Source of the DNA: Gammaproteobacteria bacterium
Lineage (GTDB): Bacteria > Pseudomonadota > Gammaproteobacteria > Steroidobacterales > PWYM01
Reading direction: 5' to 3'
Assembly (NCBI GenBank): GCA_003567475.1
Contig: PWZL01000101.1
Location: 5,644 to 69,643 of the forward strand
DNA length: 64,000 bases
A program made the position numbers and the translations under genes. The notes below the pieces were generated by a model. It saw nothing but the letters and a program-made list of their open reading frames with translations. It did no database searches and was not told where the DNA came from. This document shows, one piece after another, positions 46,073 to 59,409 of the stretch; the stretch's first letter is position 1, and each line of letters starts with the position of its first letter.

Positions 46073-46103
46073 GCATGCCTCGCCTGTTCTGGAGACCTTT
46101 TAG

Positions 46104-47252
46104 ATGAGTGAATCTCAGCTTCCCAAACCCAAGAAATCCGTGGCCCTGTCGGGTGTGGCCGCCGGCAATACCGCGCTGTGCACCGTCGGGCGGACCGGTA
46201 ACGATCTCCACTACCGGGGTTACGACATCCTCGACGTGGCCGAGCGTTGTGAATTCGAGGAAATCGCCTACCTGCTGATTCACGGCAAGCTGCCGACGCG
46301 CGCCGAACTGGCGAATTACAAGCGCCGGCTGGCGACCCTGCGCGGTCTGCCTGCCGTGGTGCGGACCGCCCTCGAGCAGCTGCCGGCCGCCAGTCATCCG
46401 ATGGATGTCATGCGCACGGGCGTCTCCGCGCTTGGCTGCGTGCTGCCGGAAAAAGAGGATCACAACGCCGCCGGCGCACGGGCAATCAGCGATCGGCTGA
46501 TCGCCTGCCTTGGCTCGATGCTGACCTACTGGTATCACTACAGCCACAACGGCAAGCGCATTGAGGTCGAGACCGACGATGACTCCGTGGGCGGTCATTT
46601 CCTGCATCTTCTGCATGGCACCCGCCCGCCCGAAAGCTGGGTGAAAGCCATGCACGTCTCGCTGATTCTTTACGCCGAGCACGAGTTCAACGCATCCACC
46701 TTCGCGGCACGCGTCATCGCGGGGACCGGCTCGGATCTGTATTCGTGCATCACCGGTGCGATCGGTGCACTGCGGGGGCCGAAGCATGGAGGCGCCAACG
46801 AGGTGGCCTTCGACATCCAGCAGCGGTATGGCGACCCTGACGAGGCTGAGGCCGATATTCGCGAGCGCGTTGGGCGAAAGGAGGTCATCATCGGCTTCGG
46901 GCACCCGGTCTACACCACTGGTGATCCCCGTAACGAGGTGATCAAGCGGGTCGCGCGCAGCCTGTCCGAGGACTCGGGCGACCTGAAAATGTTCGCCATC
47001 GCCGAGCGCCTCGAGAGCGTGATGTGGGAGGTCAAGAAGATGTTCCCGAACCTCGACTGGTTCTCGGCGGTCTCCTATAACCAGATGGGCGTGCCCACGG
47101 CGATGTTCACACCGCTGTTCGTGATCGCGCGCACCACCGGATGGGGTGCGCACGTGATGGAGCAGCGCGTGGATGGCAAGATCATCCGTCCGAGCGCCAA
47201 CTACACCGGTCCGGAGAGTCTCGAGTTCACGCCCATCGACGAGCGAAGCTGA
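46104..47252 (+). CDS. prpC: 2-methylcitrate synthase
   Basis: Citrate-synthase family: [40 protein letters not shown]. Confidence 0.92.
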   Translation: MSESQLPKPKKSVALSGVAAGNTALCTVGRTGNDLHYRGYDILDVAERCEFEEIAYLLIHGKLPTRAELANYKRRLATLRGLPAVVRTALEQLPAASHPMDVMRTGVSALGCVLPEKEDHNAAGARAISDRLIACLGSMLTYWYHYSHNGKRIEVETDDDSVGGHFLHLLHGTRPPESWVKAMHVSLILYAEHEFNASTFAARVIAGTGSDLYSCITGAIGALRGPKHGGANEVAFDIQQRYGDPDEAEADIRERVGRKEVIIGFGHPVYTTGDPRNEVIKRVARSLSEDSGDLKMFAIAERLESVMWEVKKMFPNLDWFSAVSYNQMGVPTAMFTPLFVIARTTGWGAHVMEQRVDGKIIRPSANYTGPESLEFTPIDERS

Positions 47253-47295
47253 CGGCGGTCCTGGGGGATGACGGGCCGGCGTCCTGGAGCCCCGT

Positions 47296-48744
47296 ATGAG
47301 CCCTGTCGTTACCCGCTCGGCGGCGCGGCCCGCCCCCGACGAGGTCCTGGCCGCCATCGCCGACTACGCCCTCGCGCCACTCGCGGCCAGTGATCTGGCC
47401 CTCGATACCGCGCGCTACTGTCTGATGGACAGTCTGGCCTGCGCGTTCCAGGCCCTCGAGCATCCAGCCTGCACCCGTCTGCTGGGGCCGCTGGTTCCCG
47501 GTGCCACCCTGCCGGGCGGTGCGCGTGTGCCAGGCACAGCCCATGAGCTCGACCCGGTGCAGGCGGCGTTCAACATCGGCGCACTGGTTCGGTGGCTCGA
47601 CTTCAACGACACCTGGCTGGCGGCCGAGTGGGGCCATCCGTCGGACAACCTTGGCGCGATTCTCGGCGTTGCCGATTACCTCGCCCGCCAGGCCCGTACC
47701 GCCGCGTTGCCCGGGCCGGTCATGGGCGATGTGCTGACCGCCATGATCAAGGCCCACGAGATCCAGGGGGTGCTTGCCCTGGAGAACAGCTTCAACCAGG
47801 TCGGGCTGGACCATGTGCTGCTGGTGCGGATCGCCTCGACCGCCGTGGCCGGCGCGTTGTTCGGGTGTGATCGCGAGCAGCTCATCAGCGCGCTGTCGCA
47901 TGCCTTTCTCGACGGCGGTGCGTTGCGGGCCTACCGGCACGCGCCGAACACCAGCCCGCGCAAGAGCTGGGCTGCCGGCGATGCCACCGCGCGTGGGGTG
48001 CGCCTCGTCCTGCTGGCGCGCACCGGCGAAATGGCCTGTCCGTCAGCGCTCAGCGCGGCCGACTGGGGGTTCTACGACGTCCTGTTCTCAGGGAGGCGGT
48101 TCAGCCTGCCGCGACCCTTCGGCTGTTACGTGATGGAAAACATCCTGTTCAAGATTGCCTATCCCGCCGAGTTTCATGGACAGACGGCCGTGGAGGCGGC
48201 ACTGCGTCTGCATTCGCAGGTCGCGGCCAGGCTGGGGTCGATCGAGCGGGTGGTGCTCGAGACGCAGGCGGCCGGCCTGCGCATCATTGACAAGACCGGG
48301 CCGCTGCATAATCCGGCGGATCGCGACCATTGTCTGCAATACATGGTTGCCGTCGCGCTGCTTTTCGGGCGCCTGCGCGCACAGGACTACGAGGATGCCA
48401 TCGCGGCGGATCCGCGCCTGGATGCGCTGCGCGATCGCATGGAGGTGAGGGAGTATCCCGGCTTCACCGCCGCCTATCACGACCCTGACAAACGCCACAT
48501 CGGCAATGCCGTCCAGGTCTTTTTCCAGGATGGCAGCAGCACCGATCGGGTGGCGATTACCGCGCCGCTGGGCCACCGTGACCGCCGTGGTGAAGGGCTG
48601 CCCCTGTTGCGGGAAAAATTCTCGGCCAGCGCCCGACGCCACCTCGGGGAAGGACGCGCCGACCGCCTGCGTGCGATCTGTGAAGATGCTGCGACGCTGC
48701 ACTCGATGCCAGTGGACGAATTCGTGGCCCTTACGATACATTAG
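47296..48744 (+). CDS. prpD: 2-methylcitrate dehydratase
   Basis: MmgE/PrpD family, 482 aa, follows prpBC. IADYALAP ... KAHEIQGVLALENSFN ... DHCLQYMVAVALLFG. Confidence 0.92.
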   Translation: MSPVVTRSAARPAPDEVLAAIADYALAPLAASDLALDTARYCLMDSLACAFQALEHPACTRLLGPLVPGATLPGGARVPGTAHELDPVQAAFNIGALVRWLDFNDTWLAAEWGHPSDNLGAILGVADYLARQARTAALPGPVMGDVLTAMIKAHEIQGVLALENSFNQVGLDHVLLVRIASTAVAGALFGCDREQLISALSHAFLDGGALRAYRHAPNTSPRKSWAAGDATARGVRLVLLARTGEMACPSALSAADWGFYDVLFSGRRFSLPRPFGCYVMENILFKIAYPAEFHGQTAVEAALRLHSQVAARLGSIERVVLETQAAGLRIIDKTGPLHNPADRDHCLQYMVAVALLFGRLRAQDYEDAIAADPRLDALRDRMEVREYPGFTAAYHDPDKRHIGNAVQVFFQDGSSTDRVAITAPLGHRDRRGEGLPLLREKFSASARRHLGEGRADRLRAICEDAATLHSMPVDEFVALTIH

Positions 48745-48814
48745 ACCGACTTAGAACGCCTTCACGCGTTGTTGTGGTGCAACATCCACCGGCGCCTATA
48801 CTGGGAGAGTCAAG

Positions 48815-49828
48815 ATGAAAACGGTTGCTGCAGTTCTGGCCGTGGCCGCCTGCGCGCTGGCCGGCAGCGCACACGCTGTCGGGACGCAGCCTGGGCAGTG
48901 GTATGTGTCGCCGATGCTCACCTACATGAAGGCCGATGATGACCGCCTGGTTGACAACGGTATCCGGGGGGGGCAGATCGGCCTCGGCTATGTGCTCGAG
49001 CGTGACTGGCTGGTCGAGAGTGTTTTTCAGTACCACGATTTCAAAGGTCTGCAGCCCGGGGACCAGTGGGGACTGGGGGTGGACGTGATCCGGCGGTTCA
49101 ACTCGGAGGCCAGCTGGTCGCCTTATGTGCTTGCCGGCGGCGGCTGGCTGCGCAGTGACCAGGACGGGGCCGCGCGGCGCAACGGCGCCCAGTTCTCCGC
49201 CGCGGCGGGGATCCTGCTGCGCGCGTCCGACAGCGTCTCGCTGCGTGGTGAGTATCGCTTGCGTGGCGATGCCTCGTCGCCGGGGCTGACCGACGGTCTG
49301 ATCAGTCTCGGGTTCACGATGGGCTTCGGCGGCGCGCCCGCACCGGCGCCCGCCCGAGCCCCGGCACCTCCGCCCGAGCCGGCACCTGCTCCGGCGCCCC
49401 CGCCGCCGCCGCCGCCGCCGGCCGCGCCTGAGCGTCCCTGCCCGGAGCCTCGGCCGGGTCAGCCGGTCGATGAAGACGGCTGCGCGCTGGAGATCGAACT
49501 GCAGGGCGTGAACTTCGAGTTCGACTCGTCGCGACTGTTGCCCAGTTCGCAGCGCATCCTCGACGAGGCGGTCGAAATCCTGCTCCTGTATCCGTTCCTG
49601 CGGGTAGAAGTCCAGGGCCACACCGACAGCCGTGGCAGTGCGGCCTACAACCAGCAGCTCTCCGAGCGCCGTGCCCAGTCGGTACGCGAGTATCTGATCG
49701 CAGGGGGCGTCCCGGCGGGGAACCTGACAGCGCGGGGTTACGGTGAGGAGCGCCCGGTCGCGAGTAACGACACCGATGAGGGCCGCGCCCGCAATCGTCG
49801 GGTGGTGCTGAGCTTCATCGTGGATTGA
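48815..49828 (+). CDS. OmpA-family outer membrane protein
   Basis: Signal peptide and N-terminal beta-barrel-like region. Pro/Ala-rich linker (nt 49334-49460, APAPAPARAPAPPPEPAPAPAPPPPPPPP). C-terminal OmpA domain (GHTDSRGSAAYNQQLSERRAQSV, NRRV). Confidence 0.85.
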   Translation: MKTVAAVLAVAACALAGSAHAVGTQPGQWYVSPMLTYMKADDDRLVDNGIRGGQIGLGYVLERDWLVESVFQYHDFKGLQPGDQWGLGVDVIRRFNSEASWSPYVLAGGGWLRSDQDGAARRNGAQFSAAAGILLRASDSVSLRGEYRLRGDASSPGLTDGLISLGFTMGFGGAPAPAPARAPAPPPEPAPAPAPPPPPPPPAAPERPCPEPRPGQPVDEDGCALEIELQGVNFEFDSSRLLPSSQRILDEAVEILLLYPFLRVEVQGHTDSRGSAAYNQQLSERRAQSVREYLIAGGVPAGNLTARGYGEERPVASNDTDEGRARNRRVVLSFIVD

Positions 49829-49850
49829 CGGCGCGAGATGGCGCCACGAA

Positions 49851-49876
49851 CCCCGGCTTCGGCCGGGGTTTTTTTT
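49851..49876 (+). terminator. Rho-independent terminator after the ompA-like gene
   Basis: CCCCGGC-TTCG-GCCGGGG stem-loop followed directly by T8, 23 nt after the stop codon. Confidence 0.8.
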
Positions 49877-49911
49877 GTGCCGTGGCATCACCGGACGGGA
49901 AGGGCGGGCAC

Positions 49912-50580
49912 ATGGCGGAGAGGTCGGCAGAACAGGCGCATCTGATGGCCGCCGCGGCCAGGCTCCGACTTCAGCTCACCGCGGCCGGCGCGGATCAGTT
50001 GCTCACCCTGCTCGACGAGCTCACCCGCTGGAACCGCGCCTACAATCTCACGGCGGTGCGTGAGCGTGGGGAAATGATCACCCATCATCTGCTGGACAGC
50101 CTGAGTGTCCTGCCGGCGCTTGCGGGCCAGCGGGTCCTCGATGTCGGCACGGGCCCCGGCTTTCCCGGTCTCGTCCTGGCGTTGGTCGATCCCCACCGGG
50201 ACTACACCCTGCTCGACAGCAACGGCAAGAAGATCCGTTTCGTGGAGCACGCGCTGCGGACCTTCGCGCTCCGGAACGCGCGGGCGGTGCAGTCACGGGT
50301 TGAGGACTACCGGCCGCCGTCGGGCTTTGATACCGTCATCGGCCGCGCCTACGCGCCGGCCCCGCGGTTCGCCGCCAGCTGCAGGCATTTGCTGGCGCCC
50401 GGTGGCGAGCTTCTGATGATGAAGGGACGCCACCCGGCGGAGGAATTGCGGCCGCTCGCGGGCGAATGGCTGATCGAGGTCGACGCCGTCGAGGTGCCCG
50501 GCTTGCACGAGGTGCGTCACCTCGTCAGGCTGCGCCTCGCATCGGCGTCAACAGACGCTCCACTGCAGGAACGAACATGA
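49912..50580 (+). CDS. rsmG: 16S rRNA (guanine527-N7)-methyltransferase RsmG (GidB)
   Basis: WNRAYNLTAVRERGEMITHHLLDSL, LDVGTGPGFPGLVLA. ATG at 49912; the track ORF start lies inside the ompA-like gene and crosses the terminator. Confidence 0.92.
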   Translation: MAERSAEQAHLMAAAARLRLQLTAAGADQLLTLLDELTRWNRAYNLTAVRERGEMITHHLLDSLSVLPALAGQRVLDVGTGPGFPGLVLALVDPHRDYTLLDSNGKKIRFVEHALRTFALRNARAVQSRVEDYRPPSGFDTVIGRAYAPAPRFAASCRHLLAPGGELLMMKGRHPAEELRPLAGEWLIEVDAVEVPGLHEVRHLVRLRLASASTDAPLQERT

Positions 50581-51371
50581 CAAGAATCATTGCGGTGGCC
50601 AATCAGAAGGGGGGTGTGGGCAAAACGACCACCGCCATCAATCTGGCCGCCTCCCTGGCCGCGACGCGCAGGCGGGTGCTGCTCGTCGATCTGGATCCGC
50701 AGGGCAACGCCACCATGGGGTGCGGTGTGAGCAAGAACGAGCTCGAGCGCACCAGCTGCGATGTCCTGCTGGGCGACGCGAGCGCCGCCGAGACCGTGGT
50801 GGACCTGGAAGAAGGCGGCTTCCGGCTCCTCCCGGGCAACGATGATCTCACTACCGCCGAAGTCCAGCTGCTGCAGGAAATCGGCCGGGAGATGCGCTTG
50901 CGCAAGGCCCTCGAGCCGATCCGTGCGGACTACGATTACATCCTGGTCGACTGCCCCCCGTCGATCAATATGCTGACCCTCAATGCCCTGACCGCCGCCG
51001 ACGGGGTGCTGATTCCGATGCAGTGCGAGTACTACGCACTGGAAGGCCTGTCGGCGCTGGTCCGCACCATCGAGCAGATCCGCGACAGCGTGAACCCCGG
51101 GCTGCAGGTCGAGGGTCTGCTGCGGACGATGTTCGACCCGCGCAACAACCTGTCCAACGAGGTGTCGGCGCAGTTGATCCAGCATTTTCGCGACAAGGTC
51201 TACCGCACGGTGATCCCGCGCAACGTGCGCCTTGCGGAGGCGCCAAGTTTCGGGAAACCGGCGCTCTATCACGACAAGTATTCCCGTGGCGCACTGGCCT
51301 ATCTGGCGTTGGCGGGCGAGATCAACCGGCGCGAGGAAGATCGCCGGCGCGCGGCCGCCCGCCCGGACTGA
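50577..51371 (+). CDS. parA: Chromosome partitioning ATPase ParA (Soj)
   Basis: MTRIIAVANQKGGVGKTTTAINLAASLA deviant Walker A. ATGA overlap with the rsmG stop. Confidence 0.93.
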   Translation: MTRIIAVANQKGGVGKTTTAINLAASLAATRRRVLLVDLDPQGNATMGCGVSKNELERTSCDVLLGDASAAETVVDLEEGGFRLLPGNDDLTTAEVQLLQEIGREMRLRKALEPIRADYDYILVDCPPSINMLTLNALTAADGVLIPMQCEYYALEGLSALVRTIEQIRDSVNPGLQVEGLLRTMFDPRNNLSNEVSAQLIQHFRDKVYRTVIPRNVRLAEAPSFGKPALYHDKYSRGALAYLALAGEINRREEDRRRAAARPD

Positions 51372-51429
51372 GTCGGGCTGTGCTCTGCTACAATGCCGCG
51401 CCTTCCCTGCTGAGCAGACGGGCTGAGCG

Positions 51430-52314
51430 ATGACATCCAGGAAAAAACGCCTCGGCCGCGGCCTCGATGCGCTGCTTGGTGGCCAGGGCCCGCGTGCCGA
51501 TGCGCCGACCGGCGAAGCGTCGGTCGACGGTGAGCTCAAGCGCATTCCGGTCGAGCACCTGCAGCGCGGTCGCTACCAGCCGCGCAGTGACATGCGCACC
51601 GAGACCCTCGAGGAGCTTGCCCAGTCGATCGCAGCCCAGGGGGTGGTGCAGCCCATCGTCGTGCGTCCGATCCCGCCCACGGCGTCGGGCGTGCGCTACG
51701 AAATCATCGCCGGGGAGCGGCGGTGGCGGGCGGCCCAGATTGCCGGCCTTGGTGAGGTCCCGGCACTGATCCGCGAAGTCCCCGATGAAGCGGCCGTCGC
51801 GATGGCGCTGATCGAGAACATCCAGCGGGAGAACCTGAACCCGCTGGAGGAGGCGCGCGCCCTGTCCCGGCTGATCGAGGAATTCGACATGACCCACCAG
51901 GCGGCAGCCACGGCCGTGGGCCGCTCGCGCGCGGCGGTCAGCAACCTGTTGCGCTTGCTGGAGCTCGATCAGGAGGTCAAGGACCGGCTCGAGCGGCGCG
52001 AGCTGGAAATGGGTCACGCGCGCGCCTTGCTGGGTCTGCCGCCGGCCGCCCAACGGGAAGCCGCGCGCCAGGTGGCCCGCAACCAGCTGTCGGTCCGGGC
52101 GACCGAGCAGCTGGCCCGTCGCCTGCAGAAAGGCGAGGCCCCGTCCCCGCCGCCTCGGCGACAGGATCCCGACATTGCCCGCCTGGAGACGGATCTGGCG
52201 GACCGGCTGGGCGCGAAAGTCAGCCTGCAGCACGGCACGGGCGGGTCCGGCCGTCTGGTCATCAGCTACCATAGCGTCGAGGAGCTGGAGGGTATCCTGC
52301 GCCATCTTCGCTGA
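51430..52314 (+). CDS. parB: Chromosome partitioning protein ParB (Spo0J)
   Basis: ParB box IIAGERRWRAAQIAGL, ENIQRENLNPLEEA, and an HTH region. Confidence 0.93.
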   Translation: MTSRKKRLGRGLDALLGGQGPRADAPTGEASVDGELKRIPVEHLQRGRYQPRSDMRTETLEELAQSIAAQGVVQPIVVRPIPPTASGVRYEIIAGERRWRAAQIAGLGEVPALIREVPDEAAVAMALIENIQRENLNPLEEARALSRLIEEFDMTHQAAATAVGRSRAAVSNLLRLLELDQEVKDRLERRELEMGHARALLGLPPAAQREAARQVARNQLSVRATEQLARRLQKGEAPSPPPRRQDPDIARLETDLADRLGAKVSLQHGTGGSGRLVISYHSVEELEGILRHLR

Positions 52315-52339
52315 GCCTCCCCCGGTGTCACGGCGAGAA

Positions 52340-52368
52340 TTGAAGCAGTGCAACAAAGTCTATATACT
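52340..52368 (+). promoter_or_regulatory. Candidate sigma70 promoter of the atp operon
   Basis: TTGAAG-N17-TATACT in a locally AT-richer patch between parB and atpI. Confidence 0.45.
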
Positions 52369-52410
52369 GCCGCGCCTCGGACAGGACGGCAGGGCGAAAA
52401 CACGAGTGCC

Positions 52411-53926
<1,516 letters not shown>

Positions 53927-53971
53927 CGGTCCTGATCCGTTCGGCCCGACCTTCATTACGGGAGCTGCAAC

Positions 53972-54445
53972 GTGCAAGTCAGTCTAGGCACCCTCATCGC
54001 GCAGGGCATCTCTTTCTTCGTCTTCATCTGGGTGACGATGAAGTTGGTGTGGCCGCCGCTGGTCAAGGCCATGGCCGAGCGGCGTGCCAAGATCGCCGAC
54101 GGTCTGGCCGCCGCCGAGCGTGGCAAGAGCGAGCTCGAGGAGGCCAGCACCCAGGCCGATACGCTGGTGCGCGCCGCGCGAGACCAGGCTGCCGAGATCC
54201 TGGAGCAGGCGAACCGGCGCGCGGCCAACATTGAAGCCGAGGCGAAGGCCGACGGTGAGCGCGAGCGTGAGCGTCAGCTCGTTGCCGCTCGAGCCGAGAT
54301 CGAGCAGGAAATCTCGCGTGCCCGCGACGAGCTTCGTGGTCAGGTGGCGGACATTGCCATCACCAGTGCCGAGAAAATTCTTGGTCGCGAGATCGATGCT
54401 GGCAAGCATCGCGACATTCTCGACAAGCTGGCCGCCCAGATCTGA
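53972..54445 (+). CDS. atpF: F0F1 ATP synthase subunit b
   Basis: TM segment followed by a long charged helix. FVWPPL-type motif (LVWPPLVKAMAERRAKIADGL). Confidence 0.93.
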   Translation: MQVSLGTLIAQGISFFVFIWVTMKLVWPPLVKAMAERRAKIADGLAAAERGKSELEEASTQADTLVRAARDQAAEILEQANRRAANIEAEAKADGERERERQLVAARAEIEQEISRARDELRGQVADIAITSAEKILGREIDAGKHRDILDKLAAQI

Positions 54446-54453
54446 GACTCGCC

Positions 54454-55014
54454 ATGGCTGATCACACCACCATCGCCCGTCCCTACGCCAGCGCCCTGTT
54501 TCAGGTGGCTCGCGAGCGGGGCGAGCTCGCGCAGTGGTCTGCCACACTCACAGTGCTGGCCTCCGCGCTGGCAGACGACGCGCTCCAGGCCTGGCTGGAG
54601 CGCCCGAGTCTGACCGACGGCGACCGCACCGCCTTCCTGCTGGACATCGCCACGGCGGCCGACCCGGCCGCCGGTGCGCTGTTGACGGCAGACCGAGGCG
54701 CGAATTTTCTGAAACTGCTGGCCGAAAATGACCGTCTCGCCATACTTCCCGAAATCGCCGCCCTGTTCGAAGCGCTCCGGCATCAGGAAGAAAACACCAT
54801 GGACGTGACCATGGTTGCCGCCAGCGATGTCGACGCGTCGACCCAGTCGGCCATCACCGCTGCGCTGGAGGCTCGCCTGGGGCGTAGTGTGCGCCTGTCG
54901 GTCAATGTCGACCCGGGCCTTCTTGGCGGCGCCGTCATCCGCGCGGATGATCTGGTGATTGACGCATCGCTCAAGAGCCGGCTCGCCAAGCTTGCGACCT
55001 CACTCATTCGCTAA
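54454..55014 (+). CDS. atpH: F0F1 ATP synthase subunit delta
   Basis: TIARPYASALF N-terminus. Operon position between atpF and atpA. Confidence 0.93.
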   Translation: MADHTTIARPYASALFQVARERGELAQWSATLTVLASALADDALQAWLERPSLTDGDRTAFLLDIATAADPAAGALLTADRGANFLKLLAENDRLAILPEIAALFEALRHQEENTMDVTMVAASDVDASTQSAITAALEARLGRSVRLSVNVDPGLLGGAVIRADDLVIDASLKSRLAKLATSLIR

Positions 55015-55032
55015 ATTCCCGAGGAATTCACC

Positions 55033-56577
55033 ATGGCCTTGAAGGCTTCTGAAATCAGCCAACTGATCAAGGAACGCATCGAGAACTTCGATGCGGCGGC
55101 TGAAGCACGTGATGTCGGCACCGTGATCGGCGTCACCGACGGTATCGTGCGCATCCATGGTCTGCGCGGCGTGGCGTACGGCGAGATGCTCGAGTTCCCG
55201 GGCGAGACCTACGGCATGGCCCTGAACCTCGAGCAGGACTCCGTGGGCGCGGTCATCCTCGGCGGTTACCAGCACATCTCCGAGGGTAACGAGGTCAAGA
55301 CCACCGGGCGTATCCTGGAAGTGCCGACCGGCGAGGCCCTGCTGGGCCGAGTGGTCGACTCGCTCGGCCTGCCCATCGACGGCAAGGGTCCCCTCAAGGG
55401 CGATACGGTGATGTCTCCGATCGAGAAAATCGCGCCGGGCGTGATCGATCGTCAGTCGGTATCCCAGCCGGTCCAGACCGGTCTGAAGGCGATTGACGCG
55501 ATGGTCCCGGTGGGCCGTGGCCAGCGCGAGCTGATCATCGGTGACCGTCAAACCGGCAAGACTGCCGTCGCGGTCGACGCGATCATCAATCAGAAGGGCA
55601 CCGGCATCAAGTGCATCTACGTCGCCGTGGGCCAGAAGAATTCCTCCGTGGCCAACGTGGTCCGCAAGCTTGAGGAAGAAGGCGCGATGGAGCACACCAT
55701 CGTCGTATCCGCCTCGGCCTCGATGTCGGCGGCCATGCAGTACATCGCCCCCTATGCCGGGTGTTCGATGGGCGAGTATTTCCGTGATCGCGGCGAAGAC
55801 GCCCTGATCATCTATGACGACCTGACCAAACAGGCCTGGGCCTATCGCCAGGTGTCGCTGCTGCTCAAGCGCCCGCCAGGCCGCGAGGCATATCCAGGCG
55901 ACGTATTCTACCTGCACTCGCGTCTGCTGGAGCGCGCCGCGCGGGTGAATGCCGAGTATGTCGAAAACGCCACCAACGGCGAGGTAAAGGGTAAAACCGG
56001 TTCACTGACGGCGTTGCCGATCATCGAAACACAGGCCGGTGACGTCTCCGCCTTCGTTCCCACCAACGTGATCTCGATTACCGACGGCCAGATCTACCTC
56101 GAGACCGATCTGTTCAACGCCGGTATCCGGCCCGCCATCAACGCGGGCCTGTCGGTGTCGCGAGTGGGCGGCGCGGCGCAGACCAAGATCATCAAGAAGC
56201 TCGGCGGCGGTGTCCGCCTTGCCCTGGCGCAGTACCGCGAGCTCGCGGCCTTCGCCCAGTTCGCCTCGGATCTCGACGCGGCCACCCGGCGCCAGCTGGA
56301 GCGCGGTCGCCGCGTCACCGAGCTGATGAAACAGCCCCAGTATTCGCCGCTGTCGGTGGCCGAGATGGCGGTATCGCTGTTTGCCGTCAACGAAGGCTTC
56401 CTCGATGACGTCGACGTCGAGAAAATCGTCGAGTGCGAGCGTGCGATGCACGCGCATGTCCGGGCGAACTTCGGTGAACTGTTCGACCGCATCAACCAGT
56501 CGGGTGACTATAACGACGACATTGCCGAAGGCCTCAAGCAGGCCATCGGCGATTTCAAAGCCAACGGCGCCTGGTAA
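55033..56577 (+). CDS. atpA: F0F1 ATP synthase subunit alpha
   Basis: GDRQTGKTA Walker A, full-length, highly conserved. Confidence 0.98.
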   Translation: MALKASEISQLIKERIENFDAAAEARDVGTVIGVTDGIVRIHGLRGVAYGEMLEFPGETYGMALNLEQDSVGAVILGGYQHISEGNEVKTTGRILEVPTGEALLGRVVDSLGLPIDGKGPLKGDTVMSPIEKIAPGVIDRQSVSQPVQTGLKAIDAMVPVGRGQRELIIGDRQTGKTAVAVDAIINQKGTGIKCIYVAVGQKNSSVANVVRKLEEEGAMEHTIVVSASASMSAAMQYIAPYAGCSMGEYFRDRGEDALIIYDDLTKQAWAYRQVSLLLKRPPGREAYPGDVFYLHSRLLERAARVNAEYVENATNGEVKGKTGSLTALPIIETQAGDVSAFVPTNVISITDGQIYLETDLFNAGIRPAINAGLSVSRVGGAAQTKIIKKLGGGVRLALAQYRELAAFAQFASDLDAATRRQLERGRRVTELMKQPQYSPLSVAEMAVSLFAVNEGFLDDVDVEKIVECERAMHAHVRANFGELFDRINQSGDYNDDIAEGLKQAIGDFKANGAW

Positions 56578-56612
56578 AAGCCCACAGCCCGCCAGCCGAC
56601 CACGGGAACGCC

Positions 56613-58878
<2,266 letters not shown>

Positions 58879-58893
58879 GCGGAGTTCCGCCAC

Positions 58894-59316
58894 ATGGCCA
58901 GCATTCACGTCGACATCGTCAGCGCCGAAGGCGAGATCTTCGAGGGCGACGCCGCAATGGTCTTCGCGCCCGCACGCGAGGGCGAGATCGGGATTGCCCC
59001 CCGACACGCGCCACTGCTGACCACGCTGGTGCCCGGCGAGGTCCGGGTGCAGGCAGATGACGGCGAAGAGCGGCTGTTCTTCGTCACCGGCGGGATTCTC
59101 GAGATCCAGGGCCACCTGGTCACGATCCTGGCCGAGACCGCCATGCGCGCCGATGAGCTCGACGAGGCCGCAGCGCTGGAGGCCAAGCACCGCGCCGAGC
59201 AGATCCTCGCTGATCGCCCGGAAGGCATCGACCTGGCGCAGGCCCAGCAGGAACTGGTCGAGGCCGCCGCCCGCTACCAGGCGGCGCAGAAACTCAAGGG
59301 CAGGGATCTGCGCTGA
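58894..59316 (+). CDS. atpC: F0F1 ATP synthase subunit epsilon
   Basis: 140 aa, the last gene of the atp operon, with typical beta-sandwich plus helical hairpin sequence. Confidence 0.95.
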   Translation: MASIHVDIVSAEGEIFEGDAAMVFAPAREGEIGIAPRHAPLLTTLVPGEVRVQADDGEERLFFVTGGILEIQGHLVTILAETAMRADELDEAAALEAKHRAEQILADRPEGIDLAQAQQELVEAAARYQAAQKLKGRDLR

Positions 59317-59409
59317 GGCCCTGTCGGGGCGCCGGGCACCACGGCCCGGTCGATCACGCTGTGACCGTCTCCCACGCGTAACGATGTCGCGTACGCTAAC
59401 ATTCCGGCT

